Assembly (NCBI GenBank): GCA_030037315.1
Contig: JASHRM010000048.1
Coordinates: 748-64,747, forward strand
DNA: 64,000 nucleotides
Direction of reading: 5' to 3'
DNA from: Candidatus Acidiferrales bacterium
Lineage (GTDB): Bacteria > Acidobacteriota > Terriglobia > Acidiferrales > UBA7541
Positions 47,854 to 56,116 of the stretch are shown in pieces (positions within the stretch are counted from its first letter, which is position 1; each line of letters opens with the position of its first letter). The notes under the pieces are model-generated. The model saw only the letters and a program-made list of their open reading frames with translations, did no database searches and was not told the DNA's origin. The position numbers and the translations under genes are program-made.

Positions 47854-49032
47854 TTACGCCGTCGCCCCAGCACTGACCGTCTTGGGCAACCCAAATCTGC
47901 CGAAAGCGTAGAGGAGCCATCCAAAGTGGTCCGATCGCGCCTCATATCGAACTTCGAGGTCCATCATGGCCGCACGGGATGAGGGACTCAGAAAACCTCT
48001 GAACATCGCCCAGTACCTTGCAAAACGTCCCCGGAGTCTAATCGAGTCCCATATGAAAGCCGGATCAACATTCCGAAGGTCATTCGCGAGTTCGTTTGCT
48101 CCTGCGATCCAGTTCAGACCCTTGAGGATCTCGTTCTCAAAGCTCTGCCCTGTTGCTTCTCCCAAGGCAAGCAGCCCGAACGGAGCCGTCCCATACTGAT
48201 GCAGTGAGACAACCGGATATCGATTCACGACCTTACAGGTGCGTTTGTCATATAAGAACCACCACTGCCCCAGCTCCCCTTGCAGCGCGCAAACGGAGTT
48301 GGCACACGCCAACGCCGACTCGAGCGGCTCCTCGATCTGGAATGCGCGTGCGAACATCGAAAGCGCATAGATGGCGCAGATTTGGTCCGTAAATGTTCCA
48401 AGCCGTCTATACGAAGTCCGTCTGGGAAAGCTCGCGGCCCCAGCGTGGCCAAAGATCCCCTGCTGACTTTGGTTGTCCCGTAGCATGCGGTAAGCGTCGG
48501 CCGCAATGTCCGTCAGATACGATGAGGATTCCGGAGATGCCATGCATACATGGGCAACGCCGGCCAGAAACCATGCGAGACCTTCGGTTTGGGCTTCCCG
48601 CCCATCGACGTATTTCGTCAGCGCGTGCTCGAAATCGAATTCGTTGAGAAGGAAGACGATTTCTTCTGGTCGATAGATCGCGGTAAACCAGCTGAGTAAT
48701 CCAAGGTCTCCTAAACTTTTGACCCAGCTTCGATCTTGAGCCACGGCGCCCTGTATGGCAGCGAGATTGAAGGGCTCGACGCCTTGCTCCGCGAGGCGAT
48801 GCAAGCCGAGCAAAGCAACGATCGTGTGCTTTCGCGAAGCCGGGTCGCGCCGGACGCCGTTTTTCCCCCAAACAACTCTCCGCGAGAAGAGCTGCTGTTC
48901 TTCATCGAAAAGCAGAGTCAGCGACCGCACCGCGATCGAGTTGAGCGTTAACACGCTCGTCGATAGAAAACTTCGTCGATCCGCACTCGCGCTAGGAGCA
49001 GAAGAATGAGAATGCACAGAACTGTTTTTCAT
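47854..49032 (-). CDS. Hypothetical protein (helical, possibly alpha/alpha-barrel)
   Basis: 392-aa ORF in operon frame and strand. No motif I can assign. Confidence 0.4.
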   Translation of the reverse strand: MKNSSVHSHSSAPSASADRRSFLSTSVLTLNSIAVRSLTLLFDEEQQLFSRRVVWGKNGVRRDPASRKHTIVALLGLHRLAEQGVEPFNLAAIQGAVAQDRSWVKSLGDLGLLSWFTAIYRPEEIVFLLNEFDFEHALTKYVDGREAQTEGLAWFLAGVAHVCMASPESSSYLTDIAADAYRMLRDNQSQQGIFGHAGAASFPRRTSYRRLGTFTDQICAIYALSMFARAFQIEEPLESALACANSVCALQGELGQWWFLYDKRTCKVVNRYPVVSLHQYGTAPFGLLALGEATGQSFENEILKGLNWIAGANELANDLRNVDPAFIWDSIRLRGRFARYWAMFRGFLSPSSRAAMMDLEVRYEARSDHFGWLLYAFGRFGLPKTVSAGATA

Positions 49033-49085
49033 GGAAAGAACGCGCTGTCTGGTTTGCTGCGCCGGCTTGGCTTCGGGTCCCTCAA

Positions 49086-50291
49086 TCAGCGCGTGGCGAA
49101 GGAAGCCGCGAACTCCGAGATGGCTTCCGTCACGAGCTTTTGTTGATCGAGGGTGAGGCCCGCGAACATGGGTAGAGAGAGAATTTGCTCCGCAGCCCCT
49201 TCGGCTTCAGGAAAATCACCTTTTGCCCATGCCATTGCGCTGTAGGCTTTTTGCAGATGCAGTGGAACTGGGTAATGAATGCCGGTGCCGATACCAGCAT
49301 TGGTTAAATGTTTTTGCAGTTCATCTCGGAAGGGAGTGCGGACAACGTAGAGGTGATATACGGCCTTCGAGTAGCTCGCTTGAGTGGGCGCACTAACGCT
49401 GCCCTTCATGGGTTTAAGCAACTCGTCATAGATGCGCGCCGCTGCACGGCGTTGTTCATTCCAATCCGCCAGATGTTTCAGCTTTATGCGCAACATGCCG
49501 GCTTGAATCGAATCGAGGCGGCCGTTGTAGCCTTCGACCTCGTGGTAATACTTCTTTGCCGACCCGTGGTCGCGAAGCACAGCGCTCCTGCGAGCAACCT
49601 CCGGATCATTCGTAGTTATCGCGCCCCCCTCACCACAGGCTCCAAGATTCTTACCCGGGTAGAAACTGAAAGCAGCAGCGCGTCCCACGGAACCGGCCTT
49701 GAGCCAGCGATTTTGCTTCTTCGAAAAATATTCAGCGCCATGGGCCTGGCAAGCATCTTCGATGACGATCAGGTGGTATTTCTCGGCGAGTTCAAGAATC
49801 GGATCCATATCGGCCATTTGACCGAACAGATGAACCGGGACGATCGCTGTGACCGGCTGATTCAGAGCTTTCTGAATGCAACGCCCAGTTTTTGCGTCAA
49901 AAACGCACTGGGTTTCGAGATAGCTCTGTAGCTTTCGGCTATCAATGTTAAATGTAATCGGGTCGATATCGACAAAATCGGGACGCGCGCCAGCCTGGGA
50001 AATTGCTTCTGTGGTTGCGATAAAAGTATTCGGCACAGTGATCACAATATCGCCTGGCTGAACACCGGCAGCTGTAAGCGCGAAACGAAGCGCATCCGTA
50101 CCACTGTTTACTCCCACGCAATATTCGGCTTCGCAAAATTGCGCGAATTCCTTCTCGAGTCCTTCAACCTCAGGGCCCCCGATGAAACCGGCTGTCTCAA
50201 TCACTCTCTTGCAGACCTGCAGTAATTCGGGTTCGATGGCCCGATGAAGAGAAACCAGATCAACAAATGGGATTTTTGCGTTCTGTGTCAT
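49086..50291 (-). CDS. DegT/DnrJ/EryC1/StrS-family PLP sugar aminotransferase (WbpE-like)
   Basis: IPFVDL...EFAQFCEAEYCVGVNSGTDAL, VPVHLFG, FSFYPGKNLGACGEGG (Lys in the YPGKN context). Confidence 0.9.
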   Translation of the reverse strand: MTQNAKIPFVDLVSLHRAIEPELLQVCKRVIETAGFIGGPEVEGLEKEFAQFCEAEYCVGVNSGTDALRFALTAAGVQPGDIVITVPNTFIATTEAISQAGARPDFVDIDPITFNIDSRKLQSYLETQCVFDAKTGRCIQKALNQPVTAIVPVHLFGQMADMDPILELAEKYHLIVIEDACQAHGAEYFSKKQNRWLKAGSVGRAAAFSFYPGKNLGACGEGGAITTNDPEVARRSAVLRDHGSAKKYYHEVEGYNGRLDSIQAGMLRIKLKHLADWNEQRRAAARIYDELLKPMKGSVSAPTQASYSKAVYHLYVVRTPFRDELQKHLTNAGIGTGIHYPVPLHLQKAYSAMAWAKGDFPEAEGAAEQILSLPMFAGLTLDQQKLVTEAISEFAASFATR

Positions 50292-50797
50292 CCGTTCACC
50301 TTTGATGGAGTTGAAGCTTCTATGGATCGCAGAACCTTTGCCGGATTACCGGCGACAATCGTGTTTGCGGGAACATCGCGGGTGACTACGCTGCCGGCGC
50401 CCACAATCGCATTTTCACCGATAACGACGTTCGAGAGGATCGTGGATCCCGATCCGATCGAGGCGCCCCGCTTTATGAGAGTGGTTTCAACGCGCCAATC
50501 GCTTTCCGTCTGCAGCCCGCCTTCCGGTGTCGTTGCTCGTGGATAGGAATCGTTGATGAATGTCACGCCATGGCCTACAAAAACGTTGTCCTCAATCGTT
50601 ACGCCCTCGCAAACGAAAGTATGGCTGGAAATCTTGCAGCGGCGGCCCACGGTGGAATTTTTCTGAATTTCCACGAAGGCACCGATCTTCGTTTCATCGC
50701 CGATCGAACAGCCGTAAAGATTGATGAACTTGGAAAGCTTCACCGAACGGCCCAGCTTTACGCTCGGCGCGATCGAGCAAAATTCGTGTTCGGTCAC
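50288..50797 (-). CDS. Hexapeptide-repeat (left-handed beta-helix) sugar N-acetyltransferase (WbpD-like)
   Basis: Repeated [LIV]-G-x4 units (IGDETKIGAFVEIQKNSTVGRRCKISSHTFV...IGENAIVGAGSVV). Confidence 0.85.
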   Translation of the reverse strand: MTEHEFCSIAPSVKLGRSVKLSKFINLYGCSIGDETKIGAFVEIQKNSTVGRRCKISSHTFVCEGVTIEDNVFVGHGVTFINDSYPRATTPEGGLQTESDWRVETTLIKRGASIGSGSTILSNVVIGENAIVGAGSVVTRDVPANTIVAGNPAKVLRSIEASTPSKVNG

Positions 50798-51795
50798 AGG
50801 CGCACCAACTCTCCTCTTTTGTGAATGGAAGCTTCTGCCGCTTCCAGCATCTTCACAATGCGCAAACCAGCCTCGCCATCATTGAACGGCGTCTGGTCGT
50901 TCTTAATGCAGTCAGCGAAGTAGCCGAGCTCCACGTGAAGGGCTTCTAGCTGCTCAACCTGTGGGGCCCACATATCGCCTGTGCGGTAACTCACCAGCAC
51001 GTCGCGAATGCCTTCGCCCGAAGCGATCTTGACTCCCTTGTCATAGACGCGGATCTTTTCATCGGCGACGAGATCATTCCATACCAGCATTTTCTTTTGA
51101 CCGCCGATTAATGTGGTCCGGATCTTCACTGGCGAGAGCCAGTTGACGTTGATGTGGGCGATCACGTTATGCGGGAAGTAAATCGTCATAAACGCGACGT
51201 CTTCCACGCCGTTGAGGTGCCGCTCGCCAGTTGCCACAACTGCTTCCGGCTCGCCCTTAATGATGTAATCCATGATCGAGAGATCGTGCGGAGCCAGGTC
51301 CCAGATCACGCTCACGTCGTGTTGGAAGAGTCCGAGGTTAACACGCAGGGAATCGTAGTAGTAGAGGTCGCCAAGGGCGCCGCTTTCCGTCAATTCACGG
51401 ATTTTCTTGACGGCCCCAGTGAACAAGAACGTATGATCCACCATGATTTTGAGCTTCTTGCGGGCTGCGAGCTCAATCAACTCTTGGGCTTGCTCTGTGT
51501 TCGAAGTAAACGGCTTCTCGACGAAAACGTGCTTTCCGTTTTCGAGCGCTTTCTTCGCCAGTTCGTAATGGGTCCAAACAGGAGTGATCACTGCCACCGC
51601 GTCGATCGACGACGATGTCAGAATTTCCGAAGGGTCGGAACACGTCGCAATTGTCGGATAGACTTTTCTGACCCGCCCGAGCGCGCTGGAGCTTTTATCG
51701 CACACCATTTCGACGCAAGTAGAATCCAGCCCTTGCAGATTCCTAACTATATTGGGACCCCAGTAACCGTATCCAACCACACCGACTCGAATCAT
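50794..51795 (-). CDS. Gfo/Idh/MocA-family NAD-dependent sugar oxidoreductase (WbpB-like)
   Basis: MIRVGVVGYGYWGPN, EKPF motif (HVFVEKPFT). Confidence 0.85.
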   Translation of the reverse strand: MIRVGVVGYGYWGPNIVRNLQGLDSTCVEMVCDKSSSALGRVRKVYPTIATCSDPSEILTSSSIDAVAVITPVWTHYELAKKALENGKHVFVEKPFTSNTEQAQELIELAARKKLKIMVDHTFLFTGAVKKIRELTESGALGDLYYYDSLRVNLGLFQHDVSVIWDLAPHDLSIMDYIIKGEPEAVVATGERHLNGVEDVAFMTIYFPHNVIAHINVNWLSPVKIRTTLIGGQKKMLVWNDLVADEKIRVYDKGVKIASGEGIRDVLVSYRTGDMWAPQVEQLEALHVELGYFADCIKNDQTPFNDGEAGLRIVKMLEAAEASIHKRGELVRL

Positions 51796-51947
51796 CGTTC
51801 CTCTATACTCTGCGGAGACATCTAGCGGTTAGAAATAAAATCGCTCACTGTAGCAATTTGTCGCGGGTTCCTCAGAACCTTAACCCGGACCGTAAGGAGG
51901 CCAAGTCGAAGAGAACAACGAACGGGAGAAAGCCAATATCTAGTGTT

Positions 51948-53120
51948 TCAGAACGCGCCATCGCCTGTGAGCACAGCCCAGGGCGTCGCAAGTAGGATCT
52001 TAAGATCCAACCACAACGACCACGACTGCGAATAGCGAAGGTCGAGCCGGACCATGTCGTTGAAACTGGTGCGACTGCGCCCACTGATTTGCCATAGCCC
52101 CGTGACACCGGGCTTCAGCTCATGCACACGGCGGCGGTGCCAGAAATCGTATTGCTCGAACTCATAAGGAACCGGAGGACGGGGGCCGACAAGGGACATC
52201 TCGCCCCGTAGCACGTTCAAAAATTGCGGGAATTCGTCCAAGCTCGTCCGGCGCAGAAATCTTCCGATCGGAGTTATTCTCGGATCGTTGGTGATCTTGT
52301 AGATCGGTTCGTCTTCACCTTGTGGATTCCGGCCATTTTGGCCCGCAATAAACTGCTGAACGAACTCGCGATGAATCTTGGGATCACTATCGACGTACAT
52401 CGTCCGGAATTTGAAGCACTTGAAGCTTTTTCCGAATTGGCCCAAGCGCTCCTGGGCGAAAATCACAGGGCCCTTTGAAGTCAACTTGATGATAACGGCA
52501 ATCACAGCCAATGCTGGCGATAGGAGCATCAGAAGAATCGCGCTTCCCGCTATATCGATAGCGCGTTTTGCAGCAGTCGTCGATTGCTTCTTTTTCGAGA
52601 CTTTCGCAGAAATATCGGGATAGAGCTTTATATCGGCAATTCTGTCTGTGCCGTTGTCATGCCAACTCTCCGGATACAAGTGGAGAGTCACGATCAACCT
52701 CGATGCGATCTCGGGCTCAAGATTCTCACGTATCGCACGAATCACTTTGGAGTGGAGAACGTCAGTCACCAGACTTGGCGCCTCCATATTGATCTCAGTA
52801 AAAATAATCGCGAGAGTGTCGTTCTCTTCGTACCAGCCGATCATGTCGCTCTCGCGAGTTGCGCCGCACACGACCGACGTCAACCGTTGCAGGAAGTCCG
52901 CTGCCTTTCCATTTTTGGGCAGCGCATGGGCGTCTACCAGCATTAGCGCGAACGGCTTACGTGATCGCTCGGCGCGCCTGCGCTCAAGGGCCAGCATCGC
53001 GTGGAAGATATCCTGACGCAGCACGCAATCGAGCCTGTCAGAAATTCGATCGACGCCCGACAGCATGTAGCTGTTATCGATTCGTCCTAGTTTCGATTCC
53101 TTCGTCGCCGTCGCTCTCAC
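51948..53120 (-). CDS. Priming polyprenyl-phosphate phosphoglycosyltransferase (bacterial sugar transferase) with an N-terminal degenerate GGDEF-like domain
   Basis: The C-terminal half reads RAIDIAGSAILLMLLSPALAVIAVIIKLTSKGPVIFAQERLG...FKFRTM...DEFPQFLNVLRGEMSLVGPRP...KPGVTGLWQ. The N-terminal ~185 aa are soluble and align by eye with the GGDEF fold (RESD-MIGWY-EENDT). Confidence 0.85.
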   Translation of the reverse strand: MRATATKESKLGRIDNSYMLSGVDRISDRLDCVLRQDIFHAMLALERRRAERSRKPFALMLVDAHALPKNGKAADFLQRLTSVVCGATRESDMIGWYEENDTLAIIFTEINMEAPSLVTDVLHSKVIRAIRENLEPEIASRLIVTLHLYPESWHDNGTDRIADIKLYPDISAKVSKKKQSTTAAKRAIDIAGSAILLMLLSPALAVIAVIIKLTSKGPVIFAQERLGQFGKSFKCFKFRTMYVDSDPKIHREFVQQFIAGQNGRNPQGEDEPIYKITNDPRITPIGRFLRRTSLDEFPQFLNVLRGEMSLVGPRPPVPYEFEQYDFWHRRRVHELKPGVTGLWQISGRSRTSFNDMVRLDLRYSQSWSLWLDLKILLATPWAVLTGDGAF

Positions 53121-53193
53121 AGGATTACTCGCAGCCCTTATCTTACGTTCTAAGAACCTAGTCTATTTGCAGATCATTCCGTATTGCAGTCGC

Positions 53194-53760
53194 TTATGCC
53201 ATTCCACCCTGCAACAGAACTCGTGTTGCTGCAGTTTGAATCCTGTGGTTCTCTTGAACCGGCTTTATACACGCCCGGTCTATTTCGAGAGCGACCGACC
53301 GACGCAACAGCGAGATGGAAACCACAACTCGGTACCCACCCTTGAAATTGATTAATATTCCTTCTAACCCGTGAAAAGAATCCTGTTCGATCCTGATTTT
53401 CTGACCTATTTCCAGGTAAGGCCAGGGCTCTACATGTATGCCTGAGGACACCGCGGATTGAATGGAGGCGATCTCGCTGTCCTCGACGGGTTGCGGAACT
53501 CGGCCCTGGCCCACGACTGCGATCACTCCAGGCGTGACCAATATCGGCAACCTTTTCTGGGCTTCAAACTGGCAAAACACGTAACCAGGAAAGAGCGCGG
53601 CTCTGGCTTCTCGAAATTTTCCGTTTGATCGCTTGTGAACTTTATAGGTCGGAAGAAAAGTCTGGTAACCCTTGCCGGAAAGAAGCAATGCGGTTGAGCT
53701 TTCCCAACGCGTTCTCACTTGTAAGGCAAACCATCTCGCGCTGCCAGATTCGACGCTCAT
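53194..53760 (-). CDS. NusG-family paralog (RfaH/UpxY-like operon-specific antiterminator)
   Basis: NGN domain WFALQVRTRWESSTALLLSGKGYQTFLPTY...LFPGYVFCQF and KOW-like IGQKIRIEQDSFHGLEGIL. First gene after a 459-bp gap. Confidence 0.8.
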   Translation of the reverse strand: MSVESGSARWFALQVRTRWESSTALLLSGKGYQTFLPTYKVHKRSNGKFREARAALFPGYVFCQFEAQKRLPILVTPGVIAVVGQGRVPQPVEDSEIASIQSAVSSGIHVEPWPYLEIGQKIRIEQDSFHGLEGILINFKGGYRVVVSISLLRRSVALEIDRACIKPVQENHRIQTAATRVLLQGGMA

Positions 53761-53835
53761 CGGGTCCCAAAACTTTCCCGCCGTGATGACGTGTGTAGGC
53801 TACCGCCATTGACGGCGCACCGCACGAGGATATGT

Positions 53836-53851
53836 CGCAACCTGCGTGCCA
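53836..53851 (-). promoter_or_regulatory. Candidate sigma-54 (-24/-12) promoter for the long biosynthetic operon
   Basis: The minus-strand sequence is TGGCACGCAGGTTGCG, i.e. TGGCACG-N4-TTGC, a near-perfect match to the consensus TGGCACG-N4-TTGCW. It is 76-91 nt upstream of the NusG-like ATG (53760). Confidence 0.65.
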
Positions 53852-53891
53852 GACGGTACCGTCTTTGTTCTTGGCGTGCAATACCCCAAAT

Positions 53892-53903
53892 CTTACATGT
53901 AAG
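53892..53903. promoter_or_regulatory. Perfect 12-bp palindrome CTTACATGTAAG (candidate operator/UAS)
   Basis: Read directly from the sequence. It lies in an AT-rich patch 41 nt upstream of the -24 element. A related AAATGTCTTACAT occurs at 54160..54172. Confidence 0.35.
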
Positions 53904-54219
53904 TATAGGATAATGAGGTAGTTAGTTTACAATTCGAATGTCGCCGTTTTTCGTCGTACTACGCTTGCTGGTCAGCATTCAGGGGAACGAGTGAAAAGTG
54001 TTACCACCATTTGCCAAGACATTTCCGCACGGGCTCGGCGATCGCACTGGTCATAAGGTATTTGGTTACAACAATATACAGGAGATCAACTATGTGTTCA
54101 TCCACAAGGCAGGTTGCTCGTAGGATTTACGGCGATTGCCAACCGTAAGTGGACGATTCGAAATGTCTTACATTGAGACGCGGACGTACCATGGGGGTAG
54201 AGCAAACCGAAGCGGCAGC

Positions 54220-55164
54220 CTAAGGCGTCTGATCCGTTTCGTCTAACTCGCTCTCGGTCCCGTAGGCTCGATAGTAATATGAGCCGTACATTCCTGCTTC
54301 GTCGACGGCATTCAATACCACGCCCACGAGATTATGAGCTTGTAGCTCTTGCCGAGCCCGCTCTGCAACCGAACTCGGAGTGGACCCGGCTTTCACAACT
54401 AAGAGTACACCGTCACAAAGTTCGGCCAGGATAGAAGCGTCGGCGACAGGTAGACAGGGTGGGGAATCGAGTATGACCCAGTCAAAAACAGGCGAAACTC
54501 GATCAAGCAATTTCTTGAAGGCTCCGTTGGACAGCAGTTCGCTCGGATTCGCCGCTTCACTTCCACCAGGAATGAAGCAGAGATCGTCCTGCTGGCTGTA
54601 CTGAATAATTGACAATTCGTCGGCGTCGCCTCGGAGATAATCGGTCAGTCCAGGAGAAGAAGGGGCACCAAGCAAAGTGTGTACCCGGGCGCAACGCAAG
54701 TCCGCGTCGATAATCAACGCTCGCCGGTCCGGTTGTCGCACAATTGCCTGGGCAAGGTTTGCAGCAACGAACGTCTTACCCTCGCCGGGTACCGAGCTGG
54801 TTACGAGCACACTCTTGATCGGCTGATTTCCGCGAAGCTGATACAACCGCGAGCGAAGCGTGCGGAACTGCTCGGCCCCGTGAACGCTGAGACCAGGGTT
54901 AAAAAATACGTTCATATTTGGATCAAGCTGCCACTCGGCATGCGAGGATCGCGTGCGTAAATCGTCAAAACGCAGATAGCCGGGCGTGGCCGACGCAATG
55001 GGCAGAGCGCCGACGGGGGTCTCCATGGATCCGACCGCGGGGGTATCAGCACTCCAGGCGGGCGCGGCGGTTTGGGTTTCCATCGGGGGTGCAACAATCT
55101 CTGTGATTTGGCTCGGCGTGCGCTCTTGTTCCGCTTTTTTCAGGGCATCGTGAATGCGACTCAT
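54220..55164 (-). CDS. BY-kinase (CpsD/CapB/EpsG-type tyrosine autokinase)
   Basis: MSRIHDALKKAEQE N-terminus, Walker A SSVPGEGKTFVAANLA, Walker A' LIIDADLR, and the C-terminal Tyr cluster GMYGSYYYRAYG. Confidence 0.85.
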   Translation of the reverse strand: MSRIHDALKKAEQERTPSQITEIVAPPMETQTAAPAWSADTPAVGSMETPVGALPIASATPGYLRFDDLRTRSSHAEWQLDPNMNVFFNPGLSVHGAEQFRTLRSRLYQLRGNQPIKSVLVTSSVPGEGKTFVAANLAQAIVRQPDRRALIIDADLRCARVHTLLGAPSSPGLTDYLRGDADELSIIQYSQQDDLCFIPGGSEAANPSELLSNGAFKKLLDRVSPVFDWVILDSPPCLPVADASILAELCDGVLLVVKAGSTPSSVAERARQELQAHNLVGVVLNAVDEAGMYGSYYYRAYGTESELDETDQTP

Positions 55165-56111
55165 GGTTTCCTTTCGCGCGACGGCACAGCACTGAGGTGT
55201 CGAAGGCGCACAAGTAGTTCGTCAAGATTTTCAAGCAAAGCCTGTGTATTCGCCGTCTGTTGAGCCGCAGCAGTCGATGTACCGGAAGCAACTGGCGCAA
55301 CCTCATCAAGCTGAAACTCTCTCGCAACTTCCTCGACCAGATTGCCCGGTACAGGACGCACGCTGTCCACATATGCGTTGATCATCGAATGTTCGCAGAG
55401 CAAATTGACAACTCTGGGGATACCGCGCGAGTACGTGTGTACGGCCTCGATAGCTTCCTTAGAAAAGATCGGGGTGCCGTTTGCCCCAGCAATGCGCAAT
55501 CGCTCCGCAATGTATCCAAACGTTTCGTCAAGGTTCAGCGGGGCGGTGCGGCATCGGAGCGTAATTCGTTGCCGAAGTTGCCGAAGCTCCGGGAGCTTTA
55601 GTTTTTCCTCAAGTTCCGGCTGGCCCGTCAGCACGATCTGAAGTAGCTTTTCCGTGGCCGTTTCGAGATTTGTAAGCAGACGAATTTCTTCCAAGACTTC
55701 TGCGCCGAGGTTTTGGGCCTCGTCGACTATCAGCACGGCAGTCTCACCCGCCCGATAGCGCTCTAACAACCACTGGTTGAGCCGAAGCAGGACTTGGCTC
55801 TTTTCTCGCGAGTCGAAGGGAATTTCAAAATCAGCCATCATGAAATCGAAGAGATGGTTGACTTCAAGGCGAGAATTGAAGATGTACGCCGTCGCCACGC
55901 GTTGCCCACGCAACCAATCGAGCAGTCGGTTTAGAAGAGTCGTTTTCCCAGTCCCCACCTCACCCGTCAGCAAAATGAAGCCCTTGCGATTTTGAATTCC
56001 ATAGGTGAGACCGGCCAAGGCTTCCTGAATCTGCCGCGTCATGTACAAATAACGCGGGTCAGGATTCACGTTGAACGGGCTCTCTCGAAGCCCAAAGAAT
56101 CTCTGATACAT
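55161..56111 (-). CDS. ExeA-like AAA ATPase (PEP-CTERM-locus putative secretion ATPase type)
   Basis: MYQRFFGLRESPFNVNPDPRYLY...FILLTGEVGTGKTTLL...VLIVDEAQNL. Confidence 0.85.
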   Translation of the reverse strand: MYQRFFGLRESPFNVNPDPRYLYMTRQIQEALAGLTYGIQNRKGFILLTGEVGTGKTTLLNRLLDWLRGQRVATAYIFNSRLEVNHLFDFMMADFEIPFDSREKSQVLLRLNQWLLERYRAGETAVLIVDEAQNLGAEVLEEIRLLTNLETATEKLLQIVLTGQPELEEKLKLPELRQLRQRITLRCRTAPLNLDETFGYIAERLRIAGANGTPIFSKEAIEAVHTYSRGIPRVVNLLCEHSMINAYVDSVRPVPGNLVEEVAREFQLDEVAPVASGTSTAAAQQTANTQALLENLDELLVRLRHLSAVPSRERKP

Positions 56112-56116
56112 CTTAA

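Noticed and set aside
54127-54148. Inverted repeat TTACGG-N10-CCGTAA downstream of the BY-kinase gene. I considered it as an intrinsic terminator separating the export operon from the biosynthetic operon.
   Set aside because: It has only a 6-bp stem, a 10-nt loop and no following U-tract on the minus-strand RNA, so it is not a convincing intrinsic terminator. It may still be structural or regulatory.
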